This document shows positions 17,539 through 25,591 of a stretch of 39,945 nucleotides of DNA, in pieces. A model generated the notes under the pieces. The model did not search any database. It saw only the letters and a program-made list of their open reading frames with translations, and was not told where the DNA came from. The DNA comes from a virus. The number at the start of each line of letters is the position of its first letter. Positions within the stretch are counted from its first letter, which is position 1. The position numbers and the translations under genes were made by a program. Where the stretch lies: IMG/VR virus record IMGVR_UViG_3300027822_000008, positions 1 to 39,945 of that record, one strand, 5' to 3'.

Positions 17539-19970
17539 TGGCCACACTTGATACTTGTATTTCCAACCTGCTGGCAGACGGCGCCCTGACCCGAGAACAG
17601 GCCGACCAGGTCAAAGACACGGTAAATCGTCAACGGGATGCCCTGATGCGTGTGGACGGGCTTTCTCCCGAAGCTGCAGAGCGCGAAGCCTCGCGGGTTG
17701 GCGTGCAGATGGCCAGGCAGGCTGTCGAGCTGATTCGCTACCAGAAGGCGCTACAGGTTATCGCCCTGGACCGGGCCATGCAGAACGTGACCACGCACCC
17801 CGAGGGCGTCCTCACCGGCATTAATTCCCTGCTCGGGCGTGATCTGACCCGGAACGCAACGTATACCAATGTCGATCGACGTGGGCGGGCGGTGCTCCAT
17901 GAGCTGCACCGGCGGTTTGCGGAGCCGATGGAGGCGCTACGGACTAAAAACCTGGGGTTGACACAGGACAGGACCACGATGCGTAACATGGTGCGCGAGC
18001 TGCTGGGGCAGGATACCGGCGACCATGCCGCCAAAACGTTTGCGCGCGCATGGTCTGAAACGGCGGAGTATGCCAGGACGCGCTTTAACCGTGCCGGTGG
18101 TGCCATTGCCAAGCGTGAAGACTGGGGACTCCCGCAGTTTCATGATGCACGCAAGGTCGGGCGTACCGACAAGGCTGAATGGAAAACGACCATTAACGGC
18201 TTGATTGATCGAAATAAAATGCTGAACGACGCTGGCCAGCCGATGAATGATCTTGAACTGGATGCGCTGCTCAATAGTGCCTACGACCGTATTGTCACAA
18301 ACGGATTGGTCGACCTTACGCCCGGACGGGTTGGCGGGAGCAAATTAGCGAACCGTCGCCAGGACTCGCGTGTATTGGTCTTCAAGGACGGTGACGCCTG
18401 GCTAGAGTACGGCGACAAGTTCGGGCGTCCCGATCTGTTCCTGACCCTGAGCGAGCACCTGGACGGCATGTCGCACGATATTGGCCTGCTGGAGGTGCTT
18501 GGCCCCAACCCTGAGCTAACGTACAGGACGTTGCGGGACATGGCGAAGAAAGAGGGCGAGGGCGGCATCAGGCTCGCCACGCTCGACTCGCTGTATAACG
18601 TGGTCAGCGGCAAGGTAGATGATACGGCTACGCTATGGGCGGCGGACACGTCGGCGGCGTTTCGTAACTGGATTACAGCGGCCCGGCTGGGCTCTGCGAT
18701 GTTGTCGGCGGTTTCAGATATCCAGTTCCTGCGCCAAACCTCCCGCTGGACGGGTATGTCCCCAATGAGGGTGATGGCAAGGCAAATGAGCCTGCTGAAC
18801 CCCAAGAACGCCGAGGATCGTTTGCTGGCCGTACAGATGGGGCTCGGCGCCGAGGCGTGGGTGACCCGGGCGCTGGCGGCGAACCGGTTCAGCGAGGTAA
18901 CCGGTGCAGGAATTTCGGCGAAGATGGCCGATTTCACCATGCGCGCTTCCGGCCTGTCCGCCTGGACCGATGCGGGCAAAAAGGCGTTCGCAATGGAGCT
19001 GTATGGCCTGTTTGGGCGCAATCGTCGTGTGGCCTTTGACGAGCTGGCGCCAGACTTCCGGCGCGAGCTGGAGCGGTACGGGTTTGATTCAGCTAGTTGG
19101 GATGATATCCGAAAAACTCAAACCCTGAATGAGAAGGGCGCACACTTCTTTTCAACCGAAAACCTGTTTGCACGAACCGATTTGCCGGAAGCGCGCAAGA
19201 TTGACTTGAATAACAAGGTGCAGGAGATGCAGGCCGAGCTGTCCATTTTCGCTGTCCCTGAGCCGGACGCCCGCGCCAAAGCCTTGACGACAGCCGGTAC
19301 GGCACGCGGCACGCTGAGCGGGGAAACCATGCGCTTTGTATCGCAGTTCAAAAGCTTCCCGGTGTCGGTGATACTGTCACATTTTTATCGCGGCATGTAC
19401 GAACACGGCACCGGTCGCAAGCTGTCGTATATGGCGCAAATGATTGTTGGTACCACGGCCCTGGGGCTCCTGGCGCTGCAGGCCAAGGAGCTGAGCAAGG
19501 GCAGAGACCCGCGCCCTGTTGATGCGAAGACGGTGGGCGCGGCTTTTCTGCAGGGCGGTGGCGCTGGTATTTATGGTGATTTCCTGTATACCGGTCTCTT
19601 TGGCGCAAACCGGTTTGGCAGTAACGCGCTGACAACCCTATCCGGGCCTGCTGCGGGCTTGTTTTTTTCTGACATCCCTCGCGTTACCACCGGTCAGTTC
19701 GGGGAGGTCATCGAGGGCCGCGACCCAAAGGTGGCATCTGATCTTATCCGCCTCGCCAAGTCTTATACGCCGGGCGGTTCGTTATGGTACTTGCGGCTCG
19801 CCCTTGAGCGTGAAGTGTTTGACCAGCTGGAGCTGATGGCAGACCCCGCCAAGGCCAGGAGGCGGCAGAGCGCCACTGTTCGGCGGCGACAGAATGAGTT
19901 CGATCAAGGGTACTGGTGGCGTCCTGGCAGGACATCGCCAGACAGGGCGCCAAACTTAGGAGGTCAATAA
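17538..19970 (+). CDS. Large internal virion / DNA-ejection protein with C-terminal hydrophobic helices
   Basis: 810 aa, TAATG overlap. The C-terminal part has hydrophobic segments (MIVGTTALGLLALQA, GGGAGIYGDFLYTGLFG). Confidence 0.6.
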   Translation: MATLDTCISNLLADGALTREQADQVKDTVNRQRDALMRVDGLSPEAAEREASRVGVQMARQAVELIRYQKALQVIALDRAMQNVTTHPEGVLTGINSLLGRDLTRNATYTNVDRRGRAVLHELHRRFAEPMEALRTKNLGLTQDRTTMRNMVRELLGQDTGDHAAKTFARAWSETAEYARTRFNRAGGAIAKREDWGLPQFHDARKVGRTDKAEWKTTINGLIDRNKMLNDAGQPMNDLELDALLNSAYDRIVTNGLVDLTPGRVGGSKLANRRQDSRVLVFKDGDAWLEYGDKFGRPDLFLTLSEHLDGMSHDIGLLEVLGPNPELTYRTLRDMAKKEGEGGIRLATLDSLYNVVSGKVDDTATLWAADTSAAFRNWITAARLGSAMLSAVSDIQFLRQTSRWTGMSPMRVMARQMSLLNPKNAEDRLLAVQMGLGAEAWVTRALAANRFSEVTGAGISAKMADFTMRASGLSAWTDAGKKAFAMELYGLFGRNRRVAFDELAPDFRRELERYGFDSASWDDIRKTQTLNEKGAHFFSTENLFARTDLPEARKIDLNNKVQEMQAELSIFAVPEPDARAKALTTAGTARGTLSGETMRFVSQFKSFPVSVILSHFYRGMYEHGTGRKLSYMAQMIVGTTALGLLALQAKELSKGRDPRPVDAKTVGAAFLQGGGAGIYGDFLYTGLFGANRFGSNALTTLSGPAAGLFFSDIPRVTTGQFGEVIEGRDPKVASDLIRLAKSYTPGGSLWYLRLALEREVFDQLELMADPAKARRRQSATVRRRQNEFDQGYWWRPGRTSPDRAPNLGGQ

Positions 19971-19971
19971 C

Positions 19972-21726
19972 ATGACGGTTTCAACGACGATAAATAAAAC
20001 GGCCCCATTGGCCGCGAACGGCTCGGTTGTTGTTTTCAATTTCAGCTTCCCGATTACGGCAGAAACGGATCTGCGTGTTATTCACACCGATGCCGCCGGC
20101 GTTGAAACTGTTCTGGCGCTGACAACAGAATATACAGTGTCGACTGGGCCGTGGCCTTCAGGCGGCTCGATCACTACCGTCGCCACCTATGCGTCTGGCG
20201 TCACCATTACGGTAAAACGCGTGATGTCGCTCACACAGCTGATCGACTATATTAGCGGCGGCAGCTTTAACGAAGACCTGCATGAAGGCGCACTCGACAA
20301 GCTGACGTTTATTTGCCAGCAACTTGCCGAGGCGATCACGCGAGCGGTGCTGTTGAAAGAAACGTCAACTCTTTCAGACATCACCCTGCCTTCCCCGGTT
20401 GCCAATGGCCTGATCGGCTGGGATTCTCTCGCGACGGATCTGACAACGTATACAGAGCTAACGCCGGGCGCGCTTGTTGTTTCTGCGTTCATAGAAACGC
20501 TGCTGGATGATTCGGATGCGGGCGCAGCGTTGACGACGCTGGGGTTTAGCGCGTTCGTGAAAACGCTGGTAAGTATCGCCGATGCGGCAGCAATGCGAAC
20601 GGCGCTTTCCATCAAGCCGGTGTCGGTAAAGGATTTCGGTGCGGTCGGTGATGGTGTTACCGACGACCTGACCGAGATTCAGGCGGCTATTGATTTCGTA
20701 GAGGCGGCGGGTGGCGGCCAGGTGTTTTTCCCGGCCGGTGATTATCTGATAAGCGCAAAGCTGACAGCAGACAGCGATGTGGCCCTGGTCGGCGAAGGGC
20801 AGGACGTTTCCCGCATCCTGGGCGACAACCTAACCACCGCCCTTATCAGCTCGTCCGTGGTGGCGACCCGTTTCTTCCGCTGGACGTTCCGGGATATCGG
20901 CTTCGACAATCAAGACCGTGCCAACGCCGGTGGCATCGGTATCGACGCAACCAACATATCGATGGCGACATTCGATAACGTGCAGATATCGAACGTTGAG
21001 AAAGGGCTTTTGCTCGTCAAGAATGGCGCGAGCGGCGGCGCCTTTTATAACGACTTCTACTCGCTGAGAATTATAACGGTGGATACCGGTATAGACATAG
21101 GCGACACGGCCAACGAAAACCGGTTTTACGGCGGGCGAATCAATGACTGTATTACCGGCGTCGTTATTGACGACAATACCAGCAACACGTTTTGGGGTAC
21201 GGCTGTCGAGGTCTTCACAACAGCATTTTCAATTTCGCCCAGCAATACAACGCAATACACAAAGCTTAATGACGTTCGCCTTGAGAACACCCCAACATCC
21301 GGCACCGGTATTTTAATCGGCGCAACTGCGCAGTCGACCTATATAAAACAACCTATGTTTGTTGGGCTTACGGCCGATATCACGGATGGCGGTGTCGATA
21401 CAAATATCGATTCTGACAATATTTTCCAGCACGGTACGGGGTCTACGAATCCCCGTTCTCTGCGTATTCTGGACACCATCACGGCTGTAATTAACTTCCC
21501 TTCCATCGCTGCACATTCGACGAACGATCAGGCCGTGGTTGTGACTGGGGCAGCAAACACGGATCACTGGATGGTAACCCCTAGCGCGTCACTGGGAACG
21601 GGTCTTATGGCGAACGCAATCCCCGGGTCAGGGCAGGTCTTTATTCGGCTGGCGAACGTGACGGCTGGCGCCATAGACCCGCCCGCGCTGACTTATAGCC
21701 TTACCAGGCTGAAGTACAACCCATGA
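19972..21726 (+). CDS. Tailspike / depolymerase with a right-handed beta-helix (pectate-lyase-3-like) domain
   Basis: 584 aa, GGAGG upstream. VSVKDFGAVGDGVTDDLTEIQAAIDFVEAAGGGQVFFPAGDYLIS is the classic start of the pectate_lyase_3 beta-helix. The N-terminal roughly 130 aa look like a podovirus fibre anchor domain. Confidence 0.8.
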   Translation: MTVSTTINKTAPLAANGSVVVFNFSFPITAETDLRVIHTDAAGVETVLALTTEYTVSTGPWPSGGSITTVATYASGVTITVKRVMSLTQLIDYISGGSFNEDLHEGALDKLTFICQQLAEAITRAVLLKETSTLSDITLPSPVANGLIGWDSLATDLTTYTELTPGALVVSAFIETLLDDSDAGAALTTLGFSAFVKTLVSIADAAAMRTALSIKPVSVKDFGAVGDGVTDDLTEIQAAIDFVEAAGGGQVFFPAGDYLISAKLTADSDVALVGEGQDVSRILGDNLTTALISSSVVATRFFRWTFRDIGFDNQDRANAGGIGIDATNISMATFDNVQISNVEKGLLLVKNGASGGAFYNDFYSLRIITVDTGIDIGDTANENRFYGGRINDCITGVVIDDNTSNTFWGTAVEVFTTAFSISPSNTTQYTKLNDVRLENTPTSGTGILIGATAQSTYIKQPMFVGLTADITDGGVDTNIDSDNIFQHGTGSTNPRSLRILDTITAVINFPSIAAHSTNDQAVVVTGAANTDHWMVTPSASLGTGLMANAIPGSGQVFIRLANVTAGAIDPPALTYSLTRLKYNP

Positions 21727-21989
21727 ATAATGATGATGAGGCGAAACAGCAGGTTGAAGCATTTATACTCATACTTAGAGACCGCTACGGAATGTCTGAG
21801 CAGGACATGGATGGCGTTATTCGTCAGCTTGTCGCTCTTAACAGGAAGTATAAAAAGATTGGAAGTTATGCCGATTTTGCTGCGCATGCAACAATTGTTA
21901 TTATTATTGGCGGTTTCCTCACTGCTGTTGGGTGGGGCATTGTCCGCTTTATTCAGGACATAGCTTCATCGGTCATTAAAGGAGGATAG
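21723..21989 (+). CDS. Small membrane protein (single C-terminal TM helix), possible holin/antiholin
   Basis: 88 aa, ATGA overlap with the tailspike stop. TM segment ATIVIIIGGFLTAVGWGIVRFI. First gene of the lysis cassette. Confidence 0.5.
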   Translation: MNNDDEAKQQVEAFILILRDRYGMSEQDMDGVIRQLVALNRKYKKIGSYADFAAHATIVIIIGGFLTAVGWGIVRFIQDIASSVIKGG

Positions 21990-21992
21990 GCA

Positions 21993-22421
21993 ATGAACAG
22001 ATCCAGATTACGCAAACAGCTTATTGCTGACGAAGGTAATATCCCGCATGCTTATCAAGATTCAGAAGACTATTGGACGATAGGTGTGGGGCATCTGGTT
22101 GACGAACGGATGGGTGCCGGACTTGACCCGGATGTGATCGAATTGCAGCTTGATAACGATATCGACCGAAAGGAAAGGGAGGTATTGGACGCCTTCCCAT
22201 GGTATCAAGACCTGAATGATGTCAGGCAGGAAATTGTGCTGAATATGGCGTTTAACCTTGGCTTGACTCGGTTTAAGGGCTTCCGTATGACCATAGACGC
22301 AATCTCCCGTCACGACTTCCTTACGGCCTCTCAGGAAATGCTGGACAGTAAGTGGGCGGGTCAGGTTGGGAGTAGGGCTTTGCGGCTATCAGAAGCCATG
22401 AGAACGGGCGAATGGACCTGA
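21993..22421 (+). CDS. Endolysin, GH24 T4-lysozyme-like muramidase
   Basis: 142 aa with AAGGAGGA upstream. ADEGNIPHAYQDSEDYWTIGVGHL aligns with the T4 lysozyme E11/D20/T26 region. Confidence 0.9.
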   Translation: MNRSRLRKQLIADEGNIPHAYQDSEDYWTIGVGHLVDERMGAGLDPDVIELQLDNDIDRKEREVLDAFPWYQDLNDVRQEIVLNMAFNLGLTRFKGFRMTIDAISRHDFLTASQEMLDSKWAGQVGSRALRLSEAMRTGEWT

Positions 22422-22454
22422 CCCTCGAAGGTCCAATAGACGGGAGACATCGAT

Positions 22455-22970
22455 ATGGATTGGAAAGATACGATAGGCGCGATAGCGCCCATACTTGGAA
22501 AAGCCATATCGATTGCGAACCCAGTCGCAGGGCTGGCGATACAAGCCGCGTCATCTGCCCTTCTGGGGAGACCAGACGGCTCTGAGGATGAGCTGGCGGC
22601 TGCGGTGTCCGGTGCCAGCCCTGACCAGCTACTCGCCCTGAAACAGGCTGAGAATCAGTTTAAGCTAGATATGAAGAGAATGGGCGTTGATCTTGAGGCC
22701 GTGCTTGCCGAAGACCGCAAGTCTGCGCGTGAAATGGGTATCAAGACGGGATTAGCACCCCAGATGACTCTATCCGTTATTTATGTGCTGGCTTTTTCCA
22801 TAGTGCTGTACGTTGTCTTCTCGGGCGATTTAGAAATGAGCGAATCACAGGAAAAGATGGCAAGTTACCTCCTTGGTATATTATCTGCCGGGCTACTCCA
22901 GATAATGAACTTCTGGTTCGGATCGAGCAAATCCAGTCAGGACAAAAACAACATCATAGGTGCCAAATGA
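22455..22970 (+). CDS. Holin, 3-TM type (GTA-holin/DUF3154-like)
   Basis: 171 aa. N-terminus MDWKDTIGAIAPILGKAISIANPVAGLA, the central motif LLALKQAENQFKLDM, and two C-terminal TM helices match my memory of the 'holin of 3TMs' family. Confidence 0.65.
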   Translation: MDWKDTIGAIAPILGKAISIANPVAGLAIQAASSALLGRPDGSEDELAAAVSGASPDQLLALKQAENQFKLDMKRMGVDLEAVLAEDRKSAREMGIKTGLAPQMTLSVIYVLAFSIVLYVVFSGDLEMSESQEKMASYLLGILSAGLLQIMNFWFGSSKSSQDKNNIIGAK

Positions 22971-23329
22971 AACTCATATTTATCCTGCTACTCGCTATTC
23001 CCCTATCCCTTCAAGCGTCAGAAAAACGTCACACGGCTATCCCGATTGCTGGTCCCCAAGGAGATCCAGGGCTGAATGGAAATGATGGGAAAGATGCTGA
23101 CGCTGTGGCGATTGGCCTTGCGGCTGCTCAAATTCATCCAGACTTTAACTACAACGGCTTTCAAGGTGGCGTAGGGGTAGCAACCTTCGACGGAGAGCAG
23201 GCTGTAGTCTTCGGTATAGCCAGAAAGGCTTGTATCAATAGATGCGGCAAGAAGATGCTTCTAAATGGCTCTGTGGGCGTCTCAGGCGGTGAGGTTGGGG
23301 CTGGGGTCGGAGCTAACTGGCGGTGGTGA
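22967..23329 (+). CDS. Mini trimeric-autotransporter-like protein: signal peptide + 5 collagen G-X-Y triplets + YadA-type beta-barrel anchor
   Basis: 120 aa. Signal peptide MKLIFILLLAIPLSLQA/SEK, then GPQGDPGLNGNDGKD. The rest, AVAIGLAAAQ...GFQGGVGVATFDGEQAVVFGIARK...LLNGSVGVSGGEVGAGVGANWRW, fits the YadA_anchor pattern and ends in an aromatic residue. ATGA overlap with the holin stop. Confidence 0.7.
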   Translation: MKLIFILLLAIPLSLQASEKRHTAIPIAGPQGDPGLNGNDGKDADAVAIGLAAAQIHPDFNYNGFQGGVGVATFDGEQAVVFGIARKACINRCGKKMLLNGSVGVSGGEVGAGVGANWRW

Positions 23330-23541
23330 AGCTTGAATCCATCACCAGATTTCTCGAAGTCCTGAGAAGCTGGTGGTTCATCATTCCGATGCTTGGGCTA
23401 TCATTCGGTCTTAATTGGCACCAGAAAGAGGAAATACAGCGTGTACAAACTAATTGTTCTGCCTGTCAGCCTATTGATGATCGCTGGCTGTGCTTGTGCA
23501 GTTCCGATACCAGCAGAAAAGTTGAAGCCGGTAGTAATTAA
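23323..23541 (+). CDS. Possible i-spanin-like type II membrane protein (unusually short)
   Basis: 72 aa, GTG start overlapping the upstream stop. N-terminal TM WWFIIPMLGLSFGLNW. The lipoprotein ORF begins inside it in another frame. Confidence 0.4.
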   Translation: MVKLESITRFLEVLRSWWFIIPMLGLSFGLNWHQKEEIQRVQTNCSACQPIDDRWLCLCSSDTSRKVEAGSN

Positions 23542-23605
23542 GCCTGCCTGCCCGGAACTGACTGACAAACAGGCTCTCAGACGCTGTTCTGAGCTGTTGA
23601 GGTAA
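23441..23605 (+). CDS. o-spanin-like outer-membrane lipoprotein
   Basis: GTG 23441 with AGAGGAAA 6 nt upstream. VYKLIVLPVSLLMIAGC carries the lipobox IAGC. The mature part is Pro-rich and contains Cys residues. Confidence 0.6.
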   Translation: MYKLIVLPVSLLMIAGCACAVPIPAEKLKPVVIKPACPELTDKQALRRCSELLR

Positions 23606-23608
23606 CTT

Positions 23609-23848
23609 ATGGACGAACATACCGTAGATACAGGTAATGGTGGTGGCCCGGATCATGAGCGGGACGAAACTCCTGAATCAGCCTGGTTGAGATTCAAACG
23701 CTCACCGGACCATCATAGTTACACCAATCTGTTTGTCGAGCAGTACAGGGTATGGGGTGCTAACGATCCTGTCGCTCAATGGGGCGGAAGGTTCACGGCT
23801 GTTATTACCTCACTGATTGGTCTGGTGTTGTGGCTGATATATCGGTGA
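23609..23848 (+). CDS. Tail-anchored small membrane protein
   Basis: 79 aa with GAGG upstream and a C-terminal TM AVITSLIGLVLWLIY. Last gene of the rightward unit. Confidence 0.5.
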   Translation: MDEHTVDTGNGGGPDHERDETPESAWLRFKRSPDHHSYTNLFVEQYRVWGANDPVAQWGGRFTAVITSLIGLVLWLIYR

Positions 23849-23859
23849 TCCGCCGGTAG

Positions 23860-24039
23860 TTATTCGGTTGGGGTGCTATTGTCTGGATCAGGCTTGTGCC
23901 CAAACTTTTCAAGTAATTCAGACAAGGCTACAGCTTTCCCGTAATTAATAAGTTGCAGTTCTTTTATATCCGACCTTTTAGCTTCATCGCGATATGCGTA
24001 AAACATTTCGGTAGCTTCTTGTATCCAGAGCTTCATCAT
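23860..24039 (-). CDS. Small hypothetical protein (59 aa), last gene of the leftward unit
   Basis: Not in the ORF track (below its size cutoff). ATGATG start overlaps the upstream TGA (ATGA). Translation: MMKLWIQEATEMFYAYRDEAKRSDIKELQLINYGK... Confidence 0.45.
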   Translation of the reverse strand: MMKLWIQEATEMFYAYRDEAKRSDIKELQLINYGKAVALSELLEKFGHKPDPDNSTPTE

Positions 24040-24434
24040 CCTTCCCCTGTAGTGTCGTTAGTGGAGAGTGCTGACGGTGCTTGACTGTCGTCTGGTATTT
24101 CACCAGATAACGCGCAGCATCGGTAAAACCCAATATCTCTATGCAACAGTTCAATCTCCGCGTCCTTCACTTTGCTGGCTGCTCTGAGACCAAGGATTAG
24201 ACCTTGCAATCTTAGGCGATCTGTTAGTCCTTCCAAGAACTCGGATTCGAGTTCGGCGATACGAATTTGCATCTGTGTTATGTCTGCTAGTACTTTAGGC
24301 GAAACGACATCGTATTCTACTTCTTCAATTTTAATTCTTGCTTTGGATTTCTTCTTAAGTTTTTCTTTACATTCTGCAAGCTCAGATTCTAGTCTATCAA
24401 TAATAACTCCAGCACCGTCTATTGTTTCACTCAT
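24036..24434 (-). CDS. Coiled-coil hypothetical protein
   Basis: 132 aa. Its start overlaps the upstream stop by 8 nt. Confidence 0.6.
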   Translation of the reverse strand: MSETIDGAGVIIDRLESELAECKEKLKKKSKARIKIEEVEYDVVSPKVLADITQMQIRIAELESEFLEGLTDRLRLQGLILGLRAASKVKDAEIELLHRDIGFYRCCALSGEIPDDSQAPSALSTNDTTGEG

Positions 24435-24825
24435 GATCGCTCTCCCCGGCTGCTAATAGTCTTGGTATATCAGGGTCATTAAGCAATGCTTGGCGATACG
24501 CTCGAACTTCATCTTCGCACGGCTGCTTTGTTTTATAATCTTGCATAACCATTTCCCCGACTCGACGAACGTCTTTTCCATTCAGTAAAACTATCGCAGG
24601 ACAGAGATATGCAAATCCCAGATCAGACACTTCCTGACCCCCGACAATAGCTGGATAAGGTTTTGAATTCTGTTCTCGCCACTGAGCTATGACCTCATCG
24701 ACGGTAGAACCTGAAAAGGGACAAAATAGATGGCAATCAAACATGCCTTTAATGCTAACCCCGTCCGGCTGGGTGACTACGAACTGTCCACACTTCTCAC
24801 ATAGTTCCGGCGCTTCATCGCTCAT
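24427..24825 (-). CDS. Hypothetical protein (N-terminal CxxC)
   Basis: 132 aa with an ATGA overlap with the upstream gene. Confidence 0.6.
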   Translation of the reverse strand: MSDEAPELCEKCGQFVVTQPDGVSIKGMFDCHLFCPFSGSTVDEVIAQWREQNSKPYPAIVGGQEVSDLGFAYLCPAIVLLNGKDVRRVGEMVMQDYKTKQPCEDEVRAYRQALLNDPDIPRLLAAGESDHE

Positions 24826-25028
24826 TGTTTACTCTTCCTATAGGCTTTAATCAGGGCGTTGGCTTGATTTATGGCTATAAATGCCACGGCGCCCCCATCC
24901 ATAGCATCGGTGAAACTCTCACGACTCAACAGACCTTGTGTCGCAGCCACGGCCGCATCCCATCTACGCTGCTCCCATTGTTCTGGACCTATTACTATGC
25001 TGCCGTCATCATCATAATCACTCACCAT
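24822..25028 (-). CDS. Hypothetical protein
   Basis: Start moved to ATG 25028 (GGAGGTGG directly upstream), giving 68 aa. The track start at 25076 would overlap the 45-aa membrane ORF. Confidence 0.5.
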   Translation of the reverse strand: MVSDYDDDGSIVIGPEQWEQRRWDAAVAATQGLLSRESFTDAMDGGAVAFIAINQANALIKAYRKSKQ

Positions 25029-25039
25029 CCACCTCCACG

Positions 25040-25177
25040 CTATCCAGAAACTGTCCCAATTATAAAAAGAGCCCACGAGAACGCTATAATTAAACCGAAC
25101 GGAAGAAACGGCACACTGCCAAACAAGAGCACTGCAATAGTGCTAACCGTAAAGATAATCCAGTGCTTTTTGTTCAT
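25040..25177 (-). CDS. 45-aa double-TM micro-protein
   Basis: GGAGGGAGG directly before the ATG. Translation: MNKKHWIIFTVSTIAVLLFGSVPFLPFGLIIAFSWALFIIGTVSG. Below the ORF-track size cutoff. Confidence 0.45.
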   Translation of the reverse strand: MNKKHWIIFTVSTIAVLLFGSVPFLPFGLIIAFSWALFIIGTVSG

Positions 25178-25211
25178 CCTCCCTCCACGCTATAGTCGTC
25201 GTAGTTTGGCA

Positions 25212-25460
25212 CTATGCAGAAACTACCGGTTCAATCTTGCAATATGCCTTAATAGGTAAATCAGTTCTGTTGAATGCCTTCGCATAGTGGTAAGTTCGCT
25301 CGATGGCGGAGCGAGCATCTTTTCTTTCAGAAAACACAGTTCGTTTGAGATTACCTTCTGCCCATACCAGTACGCCGCCATCCGGGAGATTATCTTCGAC
25401 CTCAAGTGCAAGTATTTGCTCGTAGTCATCGCACACTTCAATAACAATAAACCCTTTCAT
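25212..25460 (-). CDS. Hypothetical protein
   Basis: Start moved to ATG 25460 (ACAGGAGTAGAAAGG upstream), giving 82 aa. The track extension to 25649 would run through the tRNA-like element. Confidence 0.55.
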   Translation of the reverse strand: MKGFIVIEVCDDYEQILALEVEDNLPDGGVLVWAEGNLKRTVFSERKDARSAIERTYHYAKAFNRTDLPIKAYCKIEPVVSA

Positions 25461-25485
25461 CCTTTCTACTCCTGTCGTAATTAGT

Positions 25486-25578
25486 GACGCTGCGGGGGAA
25501 TCGAACCCCTTTGACTGCCAGTCGCTTTGTGGATTTGAACCACTTACGGGAGCTACCCGCACCTCCAAAGGACAGCGC
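25486..25578 (-). tRNA. tRNA-like element, possibly a non-canonical type II tRNA-Leu(CAA)
   Basis: The reverse complement gives these parts. Acceptor GCGCTGT/GCAGCGT (7 bp, 2 G-U). T arm GGGG-TTCGATT-CCCC. Anticodon-like arm GTGG-TTCAAAT-CCAC (U33, A37, anticodon CAA at 25535-25537). Variable hairpin GACT-GGC-AGTC. D-like hairpin GGAG-N10-CTCC. The connectors are too long (5 nt each) and no CCA is encoded. Confidence 0.4.
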
Positions 25579-25591
25579 CATAAACATATAA

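Noticed and set aside
24825-25259. 144-aa plus-strand ORF in the AT-rich region
   Set aside because: It is antisense to the minus-strand gene string. It would be the only plus-strand gene inside the leftward unit, and it has no start signal.
25486-25578. The tRNA-like element as an attP site (3' tRNA fragment used for integration)
   Set aside because: No integrase or recombination directionality factor is present anywhere in the closed genome. The element also includes a complementary 5' acceptor strand, so it is a whole tRNA-like unit rather than a 3' fragment. This reading cannot be fully excluded without host genome comparison.
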